A stretch of 64,000 nt of DNA, taken from NCBI GenBank assembly GCA_963796965.1, contig CAWCNS010000004.1, positions 96,001 to 160,000 on the forward strand, written 5' to 3'. Source of the stretch: Calditrichia bacterium (GTDB lineage Bacteria; Calditrichota; Calditrichia; JAJRVZ01). A program made the translations under genes and the position numbers. Within the stretch, counting starts at the first letter, position 1. The number at the start of each line of letters is the position of its first letter. The notes beneath the pieces are model-generated. The model saw only the letters and a program-made list of their open reading frames with translations, did no database searches and had not been told where the DNA came from. This document shows positions 10,013 to 22,048 of this stretch, in pieces.

Positions 10013-12589
10013 ATGAAAATAAAATTATTGATCTTCATACTCTTATTAAGCACATCCTTATATGGACAGATTGATTTAAGTTATTATTTACCTGATGGAT
10101 GAGTTATGATTCCGAAATTACAACTCCCAAAAAAGCATTTGGATTTGAAATTGGAGAGTGGCATTTAAGTCCTGAACAAACTCTCAATTATCTGCAAATT
10201 TTAGATCAGGAAAGTGATCGTATAAAAATAATTCCATGGGTAAATCATACGAGCAAAGACCCACTGTTCTGATGATTATTTCATCACCTACAAATCATGA
10301 ATAATTTGGAGGGGATCCGGGAAAAACCCGTTCTCAACTTATTTGATCCCAAAGGAGAGATCAGATAAATATAGAAGAAATTACCGGGTGTGGTTTGGTT
10401 GGGTTATAGCATTCATGGTAATGAGGCCAGCGGGCATAATGCTGTTCCGCTTGTTGCTTATTATCTGGCCGCGGCCAATCCGGGAAAATCGACAAATTTT
10501 GGATAATACAGTTATATTCATTGAGCCTTTTATAAATCCGGATGGATTAAACCGTTTTTCTACCTGGGTTAATATGCATAAGAGCAAAAATCTTGTAAGC
10601 GATTCCTTTCATCGTGAGCATAAAGAATATTGGCCCTTTGGCCGGACGAATCATTATTGGTTTGATCTAAACCGTGACTGGATGCCCGCCCAGCATCCGG
10701 AAACCCAGGGTCGTTTACCTCATCTATACCAGTGGATGCCTAATATTATCACAGATCATCATGAAATGGGAACCAATGCCACCTTTTTCTTCCAACCCGG
10801 TGTCAAAAGTCGAAATAATCCTTTAGTACCACAACGTACATATGATCTCACAGAGAAGATTGGCACTTATCATGCAAAAGCCCTGGATAAACTTGGTGCA
10901 CTTTATTTTAGTGGAGAGATCTTTGATGATTTTTATATCGGCAAAGGATCGACCTTACCTGATATTATTGGTATGATAGGAATATTATTTGAGCAAGCCA
11001 GTGTGCGCGGTCATTTACAGGAGAGTGAAAATGGTGAGATATCTTTTGCTTACGCCATCAGAAATCAATTCACCACCTCTCTTTCAACCCTCGAAGCAGC
11101 CATGGAAATGCGTCAGGAACTCAATCTGTATCAGCGAGATTTTTTTAAAGAGGCATATCGCCTGGCAGAGAAAGATAAAAATGTTGCTTATGTCCTCGGA
11201 TCGATAGATAGTAAGCGAAATCATGAACTCAAAAAACTTCTTCATCTTCATCAGATAAATGTTTATGACTTAAAAAAAGATATTACATTAAACAATTATC
11301 CCTTTAAAAAGAATCGTGATTTCATTATTCCCCTTAAGCAAAATCAATACCGGCTAATCAAATCGCTGTTCGAGGAAAGAACATCATTCCAGGATAGTCT
11401 ATTCTATGATATTTCTACCTGGAACCTGGCCCGGTCATTCAATCTGCGGTTTGCAAAAGTAAAATCTGAATCAAGATTAAATGAAGTGAAGGGAGAGGAA
11501 TATTCAGGTAAATCGCTCAGACCGGGAGTGGTGAAGACAGATCCGGATCTGTATGCCTATCTCATGCCCTGGGACTCATATAATACAACACGCGCCCTTC
11601 ATTTGTTGCTAAGCAAAGGTGTTCGTTGCAAAGTGGCTCAAAAAACCTTTGATCTCTCGGTTGGTGGGGAGGTGAAGTCTTTTAAAGAAGGGACGATCCT
11701 GATACCAGTTGCAGCACAAAGGTTAAATGGAAATGAGTTGGAAACGGTGATGAATAAAATCGCTGAAGAAAATGGAATTGATATTTTTGGAGTCTCAACC
11801 GGATATTCAACAAAAGGAATTAAACTGGGGAGTTTTAATTTTGCTGCACTTGAACAAGTTAAGCCCTTATTAATTGTTGGGGATGGTATAAGTCCCAATG
11901 AAGCGGGAGAAGTATGGCATTTGCTCGATCAGCGATTGGATATTACTTGTCCGATGATTGATATTGGTTTCTTTAACAATCTTGATTTTTCTCCTTATAA
12001 TGTTATGATCATGGTTAGTGGTAATTATTCTGAAATAGATTCTTCGGGGATCTCACATTTAAAAGATTGGCTGAACTTTGGGGGTACCCTTATCGCCACA
12101 CGTTCCGCAAATAAATGGCTGAACGAAGCAAAGATCGCGAAGATTGAGTATAGAGAAGCGAAAAAAGTCAATAAAGATACAGTCACAGTACGAAGAAAAT
12201 TTGGAGATGCAAGGACTATCAGAGGTGCTCAGGCCATAGGAGGTAGCATTTTTAAAGCTGATCTGGATTTATCCCATCCCCTTGGATATGGATTTGAGAA
12301 TGCGAAAATACCCATTTTTAAACGCTCACAAGTATTTATCAAGCAAAATGCGAATCCCTATGATACGCCTGCGTTGTTTATGAAAAACGCGCTTTTGAGC
12401 GGTTATATATCAAAGCAAAACTATGAATTATTGGAGAACTCTGCAGCCATTAATATTTTTGGTAAAGGGGATGGACGCATCATATCTTTTACGGAGAACC
12501 CCAATTTTAGAGCTGTCTGGTATGGTACGAATCGCTTATTTATGAATGCGCTTATGTTTGGGCAGATTATTGAGAGTCCGAAATATTAG
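10013..12589 (+). CDS. M14 zinc carboxypeptidase family secreted protein (N-terminus frameshifted)
   Basis: Signal peptide from 10013; IHGNEAS in an alternate frame near 10410; INPDG, GRTNHYWFDLNRDW, DHHEMG. Confidence 0.88.
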
Positions 12590-12590
12590 A

Positions 12591-12677
12591 TAATTTGTAA
12601 TTAGGAATTGGGGATTCGCAATGTAAGACAGGCGATTTCTAATTCAATTTTCCGGTTGTCATCCTGCAAGGATCTTC
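12591..12677. repeat. Heptamer tract plus GTCATCC-family palindrome half
   Basis: aatttgt aattagg aattggg gatt directly after the stop; ttgtcatcctgcaaggatcttc at 12656-12677. Confidence 0.55.
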
Positions 12678-12805
12678 TGGCGTGCAGCACCTAATATGAT
12701 TTTAGACCTAAAGCGTTGGTGAAAGAGTTCGGATTAAAGTGAAAGAAGCCCAATAAGGGAAAATAAAAACAATATCTTACCTTAATAGCTATAGTGAGGA
12801 TAAAA

Positions 12806-14962
12806 ATGAAAAGTGTCATAGTCATTATGATTGTTGTTCTTGTAACAGGATTTAATAAGGCAAGGGCAAATAATAACCCGATGGGGGAATCCGGAACCCA
12901 ATTGGTTTACCGCCACTCTGAATCAGGCAAACTCCCTGGGAATGTTGTACGCCAAATTGAATTGACCCTTGGAAAGAAAGAAATAAAAAATAATATTTCT
13001 TCTCAATGGTTTCACTTATCCACACAGAAAGAAAATGGTGAATCATTTCAAGTATGGCTGTTATGTTCTGAATATCCTGCTATTTCCTCAAAAACTGCCC
13101 GGGAACAGGTAGGTAGATATATCTTACAAGTTGGTGATAATAAAGCCATTGAATATACCCATCATCTTAATAATACGGCCATCTTACCCACCACCGGCGC
13201 CTGGTCCTATCTGATACCCCGTGACAATAAACAAAAGAGTCCTTTCGAAACTAATGCAAAAAAAGTACAGATACTTGGTCATAATTATCAGTTGAAGAGC
13301 AGCAGGGATAATGGCGTAATTAGTTTACCAGAGACAATTCACCAAATTCAACTTTCTCCGGATTTATTGATTGGCGTGCCGCATAACACCCGCCAAAAGG
13401 ATGAAACACGACTCTATGATGAATCTGACTACGAACTCATTCCATTGTTGAAAGAGGATTACAAAGAGATGATTGAATCCGGATTTACCTGTTTCAGGGT
13501 GGATACTGAACAATTGAAATGGATTGAAGATGAGAATGTATATTATTGGGGTATAGGTAGCAAAGATATTAAATATCCCGAAGATCTTTATAAAAGCAAT
13601 TATATTGGACCGGCCCTCTATTTTGATGAACCCATGGTCAGAACCAAAGATTATGTCGTTAAACCAAAACTAAAAAAAGATCCTTCACTACGGAAATCTC
13701 TGACAGTGCAGAAAATGTTAGAAGAATTTAAGGCTCTTTATCATGAGACAAAATATGAAGAGGGCCCCACAAGATTAATTAAAGGATTAAAAGATCGGGA
13801 GGACGTAGACACCGGTGATATGGATTTTCTACAGCAAAATTTATATACCTGGGAGACGATGGTCAGTTCGGCCATATATCAATTGAGTGAAGGTGAAACT
13901 TTACCCCCCAATGCTATGGTTTTTGAACCACCCGGTCGTTTTGGGTCCCGTCGGGTTCTTCCCGAATTGAATATGTGCTTCGATTGTCAGATCCCGGTTG
14001 ATTATACGAAGAATCTTTCCGATATGGTTTTTAGTTTTCTGCGGGGAGCTGCGCGTTTGACAGGCAAAGAATGGGGAACAAGTATCTATGGGGCTGTAGA
14101 TGAACGTGATATTTTTTGGTTGTTAACACATGCTTATGATTTAGGGGCCACCCGCTTTTTTTATTGGGACAATTATCAGTTGGCTTGTGTTCCCTACAGT
14201 GAATCCCTGGCTATGACCAAACATTTACGTGCCCATATTAGAAATAATCCATATCGCAATATGGATAAACTTAAGAAATCTGCAGAAATTGCCATCCTTC
14301 TTCCACCGGGGTATAATCTTGGCCATGTTTATATGGGCCGGGGCGGTTTATGGGCATTACCAGAGTTACACCGTGAACGGTTAAACCAGTTTGGTGTCGC
14401 CTACCGGCAAGTAATGAGCAATTTTTACACTGAAGTAGAACGTTGTTTGCGTCTGGGTATTGAATTTGATTCCTTCTGGCATCTCGATAAAATTAAATTG
14501 GAAGGATATAGAGAAGTTATTGACATACGCGAAGATGGAAAGGTTGAAATCCGGCAGGGAGAAAAAAATATTTTATTGGAACGGGCACGAATTCCAGAGC
14601 GACCAGAAGGAGAAGCACCAAAATTAACTGTTGATGTATCAGTTGAAAATGGTAATGTGCTGATTGCCCGAGCAAATGTTATCGAGGGATCTGCCCCTAT
14701 ATTTTATACCCAGGGTGCGGATAAAAACGGTGTCTATAATAATATTTATGTCCTTTGGGAATTGTTCGGTCCGGAAGAAGAAGATTATTATTATCCCTGG
14801 ACAGAATCGTGGCAGATAAAGGTGGATGAGAAAAACACCCATGTTGAAACTGAGATAAAACTTCCCTTGAAAAAACCAGGCACCTATCGTTTGCGTGCTG
14901 CCACTTCAGATTTGGCTGGAAGAAGTACGGTAGTTTGGAAAGAGGTGCAGGTGGGGAAATGA
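12806..14962 (+). CDS. Large secreted hypothetical protein
   Basis: Intact ORF of about 718 aa with GAGG RBS and signal peptide; no family recognised (YFDEP may be a GH-like barrel motif). Confidence 0.8.
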   Translation: MKSVIVIMIVVLVTGFNKARANNNPMGESGTQLVYRHSESGKLPGNVVRQIELTLGKKEIKNNISSQWFHLSTQKENGESFQVWLLCSEYPAISSKTAREQVGRYILQVGDNKAIEYTHHLNNTAILPTTGAWSYLIPRDNKQKSPFETNAKKVQILGHNYQLKSSRDNGVISLPETIHQIQLSPDLLIGVPHNTRQKDETRLYDESDYELIPLLKEDYKEMIESGFTCFRVDTEQLKWIEDENVYYWGIGSKDIKYPEDLYKSNYIGPALYFDEPMVRTKDYVVKPKLKKDPSLRKSLTVQKMLEEFKALYHETKYEEGPTRLIKGLKDREDVDTGDMDFLQQNLYTWETMVSSAIYQLSEGETLPPNAMVFEPPGRFGSRRVLPELNMCFDCQIPVDYTKNLSDMVFSFLRGAARLTGKEWGTSIYGAVDERDIFWLLTHAYDLGATRFFYWDNYQLACVPYSESLAMTKHLRAHIRNNPYRNMDKLKKSAEIAILLPPGYNLGHVYMGRGGLWALPELHRERLNQFGVAYRQVMSNFYTEVERCLRLGIEFDSFWHLDKIKLEGYREVIDIREDGKVEIRQGEKNILLERARIPERPEGEAPKLTVDVSVENGNVLIARANVIEGSAPIFYTQGADKNGVYNNIYVLWELFGPEEEDYYYPWTESWQIKVDEKNTHVETEIKLPLKKPGTYRLRAATSDLAGRSTVVWKEVQVGK

Positions 14963-14968
14963 CATAGA

Positions 14969-15164
14969 GGTCCACGGATTACACTAATTTCACGAATTCA
15001 ATTTTAATTATTTTGAATAGGACAATCGTTCATAAGATTTCGTCAACTCTTCTGATGTGTTCTTATAAGGCCTTAATATGCTAACTCATTTTTCCGCATC
15101 TCAATAAAAAACAAAATAATTTAATTTATTTCTTAATTCGTGAAATTAGTGTAATCCGTGGACC
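14969..15164. repeat. MITE-like element with perfect 30-bp terminal inverted repeats (CCACGGATTACACTAAT family)
   Basis: ggtccacggattacactaatttcacgaatt (14969-14998) is the exact reverse complement of 15135-15164. Confidence 0.92.
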
Positions 15165-15200
15165 GATCTTTAAAACATGACGGGTCTAAGGGGACCTAGA

Positions 15201-15758
15201 TTAAGACCAAAGCCAGCCAAAGGTTCCTGCAGTAACCAGAGCATATATCAGTCCGTCAATGGTATTCTTGATCGTGGTACTCCATTTGCGTTTATACCAG
15301 ATTGAATTTTGCCATCCGGCAACGGTATAAGCAATAAAGGCCGTGACCCCCACAAATCTAAAAACAGCAAGATAATGCGCCTCCGGACCCAGAGCCCTGC
15401 CAGCCACATAGGCTGCAAATATGCCGACCACAATCGAATAAACAAACCACAATGTCAGACTCATCCCCATTTTTGGAGGTCCACTCTCCATAACCGTTAG
15501 CATCGCAACGGGACCTTTTTTTGCTTTTTCGATATAGGCCGGTTCAGCCATATCCTTTGCTGTGGCAGCCCGGGGCATGGCATATTCACCCTGTGGAATA
15601 TTATACTTACTCAAATCATCCATTATCTTATCTTCTTCTGGTAACTTGGCAAAATCATTTTGATGATATTTCAAAACCATATGGATAATGGAACTGACAA
15701 TAAATACGAAAACGGCTGATAAAAGAATCGGCAGCCATAAAGACATAATGGGTATCAT
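15201..15758 (-). CDS. Four-TM membrane protein of unknown function
   Basis: AGGAG RBS and four hydrophobic segments. Confidence 0.8.
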   Translation of the reverse strand: MIPIMSLWLPILLSAVFVFIVSSIIHMVLKYHQNDFAKLPEEDKIMDDLSKYNIPQGEYAMPRAATAKDMAEPAYIEKAKKGPVAMLTVMESGPPKMGMSLTLWFVYSIVVGIFAAYVAGRALGPEAHYLAVFRFVGVTAFIAYTVAGWQNSIWYKRKWSTTIKNTIDGLIYALVTAGTFGWLWS

Positions 15759-16283
15759 AGTTTTCTCCTTTTTTCTGTTTGATTATTTAATTTTTGAATT
15801 TCTATAAATGTAGTATGCCCTATAACGCAAAAAAAGTGTGATTTTATTCTTAATTCCCCAAAAATTATTTTTTTTCATATCAGCCTATCTGCATGACGAA
15901 TTCTGTGATTAATTATTGCCGAACCCTATAATCTTTCAATCTATCCTCTTTTACTGCAAAAACGCAAAAAACTTTATGAGAGCAGAAAACCAAAGACCTG
16001 AAAGCAGGACCTTAGTTATCTAATTTCAAGATATTAGAATTTTACTGAACATAATCTTAAAACAATGAGAAGATAACATCGAGAACAAGTTTTTTTCTCT
16101 TATAAGAGATTTTTAACTGCTTTCGGCATTCAGCGCTCTGCTTTCCTAACTCTTTATAATCAAAAATTGACATTGCATCTTTTCCTATTGCTGAGTAATA
16201 TCCCCTACCGGAAATTATCCCCGACCTTAATTCAAACTCCAGAAACAATTTACTGACAATGAAATAATATTCTTGAGGATATC

Positions 16284-18314
16284 ATGCATTGGAAAAATTT
16301 CTTTCTCTTCTCTCTCATCTCTTTTCTCTTCTCAAATCCGGGTTGTAATTCGATTCCGGAAGGGATACACAAACTCACTTGGAATTAAATTTGTTTGTAT
16401 CGAGAGCGGACAATTCGATATGGGACAGAATGAAGGCGGTGACTTTGACGAAGCTCCTGTCCATCAGGTGGAAATAAGTGAGCCATTTTTATTATCAATA
16501 ACGGAGATTACGAATCAACAATACGAGCAATTTGATCCGGATCATAAGGTGTTGCGTGGACAGCATGGATTATCTGATGATGATGACGAATCTGTTGTCA
16601 ATGTTTCCTGGAATGATGCGGTGAAATTTTGTAAATGGTTATCGGAAAAAGAAGGAAAAAACTATCGTTTACCTACAGAGGCGGAATGGGAATATGCCTG
16701 TCGGGCTGGAACCAGGACTGCTTTTTCAACGGGTGATACATTATCAGGAGTCTATTATAGATCTCAAAAAAACGATTGGAAGTTTGAAAAGATCTCCTTA
16801 AAAGTTGCCTCCACACCTGCAAATTCCTGGGGTTTGCATGATATGCACGGCAATGTGGAAGAATGGTGTTCTGATTGGTATGGTCCCTATGAAGATAAAA
16901 AGCAGACCGATCCGGTAGGAAGAATTGATGGTGATTTTAAAGTTACCAGGGGCGGAAGCCATAACACGAATCTCGCCTATTTAAGGTCTGCAAACCGTGC
17001 GGGGACACTTCCTGGTGATCGAAATGTGATGATTGGTTTCAGGATCGTTCAGGCAGATCCGCCCAAGGAAAATTATCTTTTATTACCGAACAAAGAGATC
17101 TGGGCGGAAAACGTCAAACAGGAACAATGGCAGATCCCGGATAATTGGGCTGGGGAAAAGCCCTTCTTTGCAGGACCTGATCTTTATGTAAAAATACCTG
17201 AGAATTCAAAAGGTCCCCTGTTCTCCCGACATAATCACTGTCCTGATCTGGTTGTATGCCCAAATGGGGACGTAATGGCAGTTTGGTATACAACAGTCAC
17301 TGAATCTGGTCGAGAGCTGGCATTGGCGGGAGCCGTTGGCGTTATGATACTAAAGAATGGGATCCGGCTTCACCATTTTGGGATGCACCGGATCGCAATG
17401 ATCACGCCACATCGCTCTGGTGGGATGGGACAGAAACCCTCTATCATTTTAACGGACTAAGCAGTGATGCCACCTGGGGTAAATTGGCCTTAATAATGCG
17501 CAAAAGTATTGATAATGGTGTGACCTGGTCGAAAGCAAAGATTATAAACGCCAAACATGGGTTGAGAAATATGCCCATTGCCGGTGTCATTCAAACGCAG
17601 GACGGCTCGGTTATCATTAAATGTGATGCCGTCACTGGTGGGCATGGGGGAACGGCGATTCATATCAGTAGAGATGGTGGTGAAACCTGGGTTGATCCTG
17701 GGGCCGGACAGCCAAAACCTGAATTCAAAGCAGGCAAAACAGGTGCCTGGATTGCCGGTATACATGCTGGTCTAGTGGAATTGAAGGACGGCCGATTCCT
17801 CAGCTTTTGGCCGTGGCGATGCGATCCAAAACAAAATGCCACAGAGTATCTCATCGGATATGGGTAAAACCTGGACTTATTCAGCCAGCCCCTTTCCGGA
17901 AATTGGGGGTGGTCAGCGCCTGGCACTGTTACGATTGAAAGAAGGTCCTATCATTCTTATATCTTTTACCGATTCCAGCAAAAAGAGAAAAAACCGGAGT
18001 TGGGATGCGGCAGAAGGGATGTCTCTTTATACCCGTGATGGGAAGAAGGAAAAAGCCTATCGGAATGTTTGCTGCTCTATCCTTTCGATGAAGGTAAAAC
18101 CTGGCCGCTCAGAAAGCTGATTACACCAGATGAGGGAAGTCAGCAAGTGGCAGGTGGTGGTCATACACTTACCTTTCCACTTGATCGCACCCATGCAGAA
18201 CCTATGGGATATCTGGCGATCAGGCAGGGACAGGATGGGATCATTCATTTGATATCCAGTGCGAATCATTACCGTTTTAATCTGGCCTGGCTCACTCGTG
18301 ATACAGCGTTCTAA
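16284..18314 (+). CDS. Lipoprotein: FGE-sulfatase (SUMF1-like) domain + BNR/sialidase-like propeller; several frameshifts
   Basis: MHWKNFFLFSLISFLFSNPGC lipoprotein start at 16284; RLPTEAEWEYACRAG, GLHDMHGNVEEW, GFRIV; Asp-boxes SIDNGVTW, SRDGGETW, SSDMGKTW, DEGKTW across fragments. Confidence 0.87.
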
Positions 18315-18329
18315 GATAGAGTGAAAATT

Positions 18330-18396
18330 GTAGAGAGTAGAGCGTGGAGCGTGAGACGTGAAAAGGGAAGATAGAGGAGAGAAGTGGGTAGAGAAT
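18330..18396. repeat. Purine-rich heptamer tandem tract
   Basis: tagagag tagagcg tggagcg tgagacg tgaaaag... directly after the stop. Confidence 0.7.
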
Positions 18397-18482
18397 GTAG
18401 GGGCGGGCCGTTGGCCCGCCCTATCTTACGCAATGAGTAGCGGGTAAAGCGTTGAGAATAGGGGCGCATTGCCATGCGCCCT
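18397..18482. repeat. Two GTAG-type REP-like hairpins
   Basis: gtaggggcgggccgttggcccgccctat (18397-18424) and ataggggcgcattgccatgcgcccct (18458-18482). Confidence 0.75.
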
Positions 18483-18521
18483 TTGTCTGTCAGCTGCACA
18501 ATGCACCGAAGTATAGAGTAA

Positions 18522-18597
18522 TTGTCATTCAGTCCCGCAACGCGATCCCGTCTCGGGATAGGAATCTTCCTCGTTGGAGAATCTTTATGGGATGATG
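18522..18597 (+). repeat. Composite GTCATT...GGATGAC palindromic element, copy 1
   Basis: Shares gatcccgtctcgggataggaatcttcc with 43048-43143, and is inverted relative to 39846-39940. Confidence 0.8.
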
Positions 18598-18637
18598 ACT
18601 ATAGATATATAGGTATTTATATTGTAAGGATTTAACA

Positions 18638-19627
18638 ATGAAATCAATTTTTTTTAATAAGAGGATACAAATCCGGATTCTGATGTTCACTCTTCTTGTG
18701 CAACCTGTGCTGGCCCAACAGCCAGGTGGTACAGGTCTGTCTTCTGCCTTATTTGAATTACGGGAGATGGATATGCATATCCATGCCGGCAAAGAACGTG
18801 AGATTCCACTTGATCAATGGATTGATTTGTCTGTAAAGGACGGGCGTAAAATCATGGTGTTACTGGATCATCTTGAATTATACCGTGTGTCCGAAGAAGA
18901 AAATAAAAAATGGTCGGAGGAACGCAATTTTCAGGACTGGTATCCGGTTGGTACAAAGGGGCATTCGGCCCTAATGAATGATCTGGCAGCAGCAGAAAAT
19001 CGTACCGATGTCATCACTTTTCGCGGTTGGGAAATTTATGAGGGTGAAATGGATACGGGTATTGAGGCCGAGCCTATGAAGCTGGCGGAAGTAATTGGCT
19101 GGCATATCTCTCCTAATAATGGTCGAAAGGCCCCGGATGGGCAAACCTTACTTAAAAGAGCTTCTCAGATCATTACCCTGCAAAAAGAGTTTCCGATACC
19201 GATGATCCTGTTTCACCCATTTTCCATGCGAATAGAGAATTTACAGCGGACGGCACAAAAATCAGGGCGGGATATTACCTCAATATCTGTAGAAGATTAC
19301 CGCTTTTTCCAACCCAGTGAACAGGAGCAGCTGGTCGAACTGCTTCGCGGTAAATCCGTATATATCGAAATTTCCCATGGGCTGGCTCAATATTGGGAAG
19401 ATAAAGCAGTGCGCCAAGCAGTTATGGAGGATATCGGACCTCTGGTGGAGGGCGGTTTACAGTTCACAGTTTCTACTGATGCTCATGGTGTTCGAAGTTT
19501 CGTGAAACCGTTTGATCCTGGCTATTATTGTAAGGAGCTGGATATTACTCCTGAGAATACCAATACACTTGTCAGGGAACTATTGGTCATCCGCGCCAAA
19601 AGGAATTTATCCCTAGGCAAACCCTGA
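18638..19627 (+). CDS. Secreted PHP-like metal-dependent hydrolase
   Basis: Signal peptide; DMHIH, DH, FHP, IEIS and STDAH motifs in PHP order. Confidence 0.65.
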   Translation: MKSIFFNKRIQIRILMFTLLVQPVLAQQPGGTGLSSALFELREMDMHIHAGKEREIPLDQWIDLSVKDGRKIMVLLDHLELYRVSEEENKKWSEERNFQDWYPVGTKGHSALMNDLAAAENRTDVITFRGWEIYEGEMDTGIEAEPMKLAEVIGWHISPNNGRKAPDGQTLLKRASQIITLQKEFPIPMILFHPFSMRIENLQRTAQKSGRDITSISVEDYRFFQPSEQEQLVELLRGKSVYIEISHGLAQYWEDKAVRQAVMEDIGPLVEGGLQFTVSTDAHGVRSFVKPFDPGYYCKELDITPENTNTLVRELLVIRAKRNLSLGKP

Positions 19628-19677
19628 TCCAGTACCAGTCAATAAAAAAAACACCTCAGAAATAGGAAATACTTATT

Positions 19678-22032
19678 ATGAAATTATTTCGGCAAATCCT
19701 CCTTGCCATAAGCGTACTCTTAATTATTGTCATATTCTTTATGATCTCCGTCTCAAGAACAAAGGAGCCAGTTGACTATGTCGATCCTTTTATTGGTACT
19801 GATTTTTATGCCAATACTTTTCCCGGTCCGGGGCTTCCAAGCGGTATGGTTCATCTAAGCCCGGATACGGATGTGACCGGGTGGGATTATTGCGGTGGCT
19901 ACAAGTACAGGGACAATTCCATTATTGGATTTAGTCATACTCATTATAGTGGAACCGGATGGCCCAGTAAGGGGGAGATATTGTTTATGCCGACGATTGG
20001 CCAGGAAATGCTTATTTTTCCGGGAACAAGAGATAATCCGGATGCAGGCTATCGCTCTCGTTTCAGCCATCAGCGTGAACAGGCATCCCCTGGCTATTAT
20101 TCTGTTTATCTCGATGATTATGATATAAAAGTGGAATTAACCACCACTCGACGTGCCGGAATGCATCGTTATACGTTTCCGGCATCGCCGGATGCCCATA
20201 TTATCCTTGATCTTGGCCATATGATTGGGTTTAAAACGGGTGGAGATTCCCATCTGCGTTTTGTTAATGATAGAGAGATAGAGGGTTATAAAAAAGGACA
20301 TGGTACCATCATCTATTTTGTGGCGGAGTTTAGTAAACCTTTCCATACCTATGGTGTCTGGGATAAAACCTATGATAAACCAGAAACAGATATGTTTCTA
20401 AATCCTTATAAGACGGCAGAAAAAGGTAACAACATTGGTGGATTTATAAATTACCAAACGGAAGAGGGTGAGGTTGTTCTGGTAAAAGTTGCCCTTTCTT
20501 ATATCAGTATTGATGGCGCCCGAAAGAATATGGAAGAAGAAATTCCTCACTGGGATTTTGACCGGGTGAAGGAAAGTGCCAGAAAAACTTGGAATAAAGC
20601 ACTTAGTGTGGTTGAGGTTAAAGGCAAAAATGACGATCAAAAGCAAATATTTTATACATCTCTTTACCATTCATTATTGGCGATGAATATTTCATCGGAT
20701 GTAGATGGGAATTACATTGGTATGGATGGTAATGTACATAAAGCAATCGACTACAATTTTTATCCATCTTTTTATGCCTGGGATACTTATCGAAGTCAAC
20801 ATCCCCTAATCACATTAGTGGCCCCGGATCAGGTTGATGACCTGATCAAGTCAATCGAATCCAAGGTTAAAAACTATGGCTGGCTGCCTGCTCAGCATGT
20901 GCGAAATAAATATGGTCAGGGCATGGTCGGTGATCATTTGGTTCCTGTGATTGTCGATGCCTACCTGAAAGGATTCCGGGATTTTGATGTTGAGTTGCTG
21001 TATCAGGCCATGCGTACAAAGGCACTTGAGTTACCACCCAAGCCACATCCTCCTTCTGAAGCACGGGCGGGATTGGAATATTATCTCAAACTAGGATATA
21101 CGCCTGCAGACCGAATCTCGGAATCAGTGGCGAATACCCTAGAATTGGCCTATGATGACTGGTGCATTGCGCAGTTAGCTCGTGAACTCGGAAAAAAAGA
21201 TGATTATCAATTATTTATAAACCGGGCGGAGAATTATAAAAATGTCTTTGAACCAGTGAGCCAATTTATGCGTCCAAGGGGTGTTAACGGATCCTGGCTG
21301 CCAGATTGTAAGGGTGAACCCCCGATTGGACATTATGGGGAACATTCTTATTATGCTTGTTTTGATCCTTTGTGGATAGGTATACGGCCGAACCGACATT
21401 ATGCAGAATCCAATGCCTGGCAATATTTATGGTTTGTCCCCCACGATGTACCCGGTCTTATTGATTTGTTTGGCAACAAAGAGAATTTTATCACCAAGCT
21501 GGATAACTGTTTCACGATGAGTCCGGTTGTCAATGGGACGAATTATGTGGGTGTTGTCGGTACCATCGGACAATATGTCCATGGCAACCAACCTTCACAC
21601 CATGTTACCTATCTATACAATTATGCTGGTCAGCCCTGGAAATCTCAAAAATATGCACGGAAGGTAATGGATGAGTTATACAAAACCGGACCTGGCGGGC
21701 TCTGTGGAAATGAGGATATGGGCTCCTTGTCTTCCTGGTATGTCTTTAGTGCCTTAGGATTTTATCCGGTTAGTCCTGGCGAGAACCGTTATATGATAGG
21801 CTCACCAATTTTTGAAAAGGCAATCCTCCACTTGCGGGCACCTTATGAGGAAAATACGTTTGACGTTATTGCCAATCATGTCTCAGAGAAGAATATTTAT
21901 ATCCAGTCGGCAAAACTAAACGGTCAGACTTATAATAAATCATGGATTGAGCATGGGGATATTGTAAAAGGTGGAATCATAGAATTTGAAATGGGGCCCG
22001 AGCCGAATAAAAACTGGGGCGTTTCTCCCTGA
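19678..22032 (+). CDS. GH92 alpha-mannosidase, exported
   Basis: YVDPFIGT, GFSHTH, ASPGYYSV, WDTYRS, ESNAWQY, GQYVHGNQPSHH, GNEDMGSLSSWYVFSALGFYP. Confidence 0.96.
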   Translation: MKLFRQILLAISVLLIIVIFFMISVSRTKEPVDYVDPFIGTDFYANTFPGPGLPSGMVHLSPDTDVTGWDYCGGYKYRDNSIIGFSHTHYSGTGWPSKGEILFMPTIGQEMLIFPGTRDNPDAGYRSRFSHQREQASPGYYSVYLDDYDIKVELTTTRRAGMHRYTFPASPDAHIILDLGHMIGFKTGGDSHLRFVNDREIEGYKKGHGTIIYFVAEFSKPFHTYGVWDKTYDKPETDMFLNPYKTAEKGNNIGGFINYQTEEGEVVLVKVALSYISIDGARKNMEEEIPHWDFDRVKESARKTWNKALSVVEVKGKNDDQKQIFYTSLYHSLLAMNISSDVDGNYIGMDGNVHKAIDYNFYPSFYAWDTYRSQHPLITLVAPDQVDDLIKSIESKVKNYGWLPAQHVRNKYGQGMVGDHLVPVIVDAYLKGFRDFDVELLYQAMRTKALELPPKPHPPSEARAGLEYYLKLGYTPADRISESVANTLELAYDDWCIAQLARELGKKDDYQLFINRAENYKNVFEPVSQFMRPRGVNGSWLPDCKGEPPIGHYGEHSYYACFDPLWIGIRPNRHYAESNAWQYLWFVPHDVPGLIDLFGNKENFITKLDNCFTMSPVVNGTNYVGVVGTIGQYVHGNQPSHHVTYLYNYAGQPWKSQKYARKVMDELYKTGPGGLCGNEDMGSLSSWYVFSALGFYPVSPGENRYMIGSPIFEKAILHLRAPYEENTFDVIANHVSEKNIYIQSAKLNGQTYNKSWIEHGDIVKGGIIEFEMGPEPNKNWGVSP

Positions 22033-22048
22033 ATGTGAAAGAAAGAAA

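Noticed and set aside
15955..16025. c-di-GMP-I or glycine riboswitch-like words (gcaaaa..gacctgaaag)
   Set aside because: The required paired stems and conserved core could not be built.
16057..16248. 63-aa minus-strand ORF
   Set aside because: TTG start, no RBS and no recognisable motif; cannot be supported.
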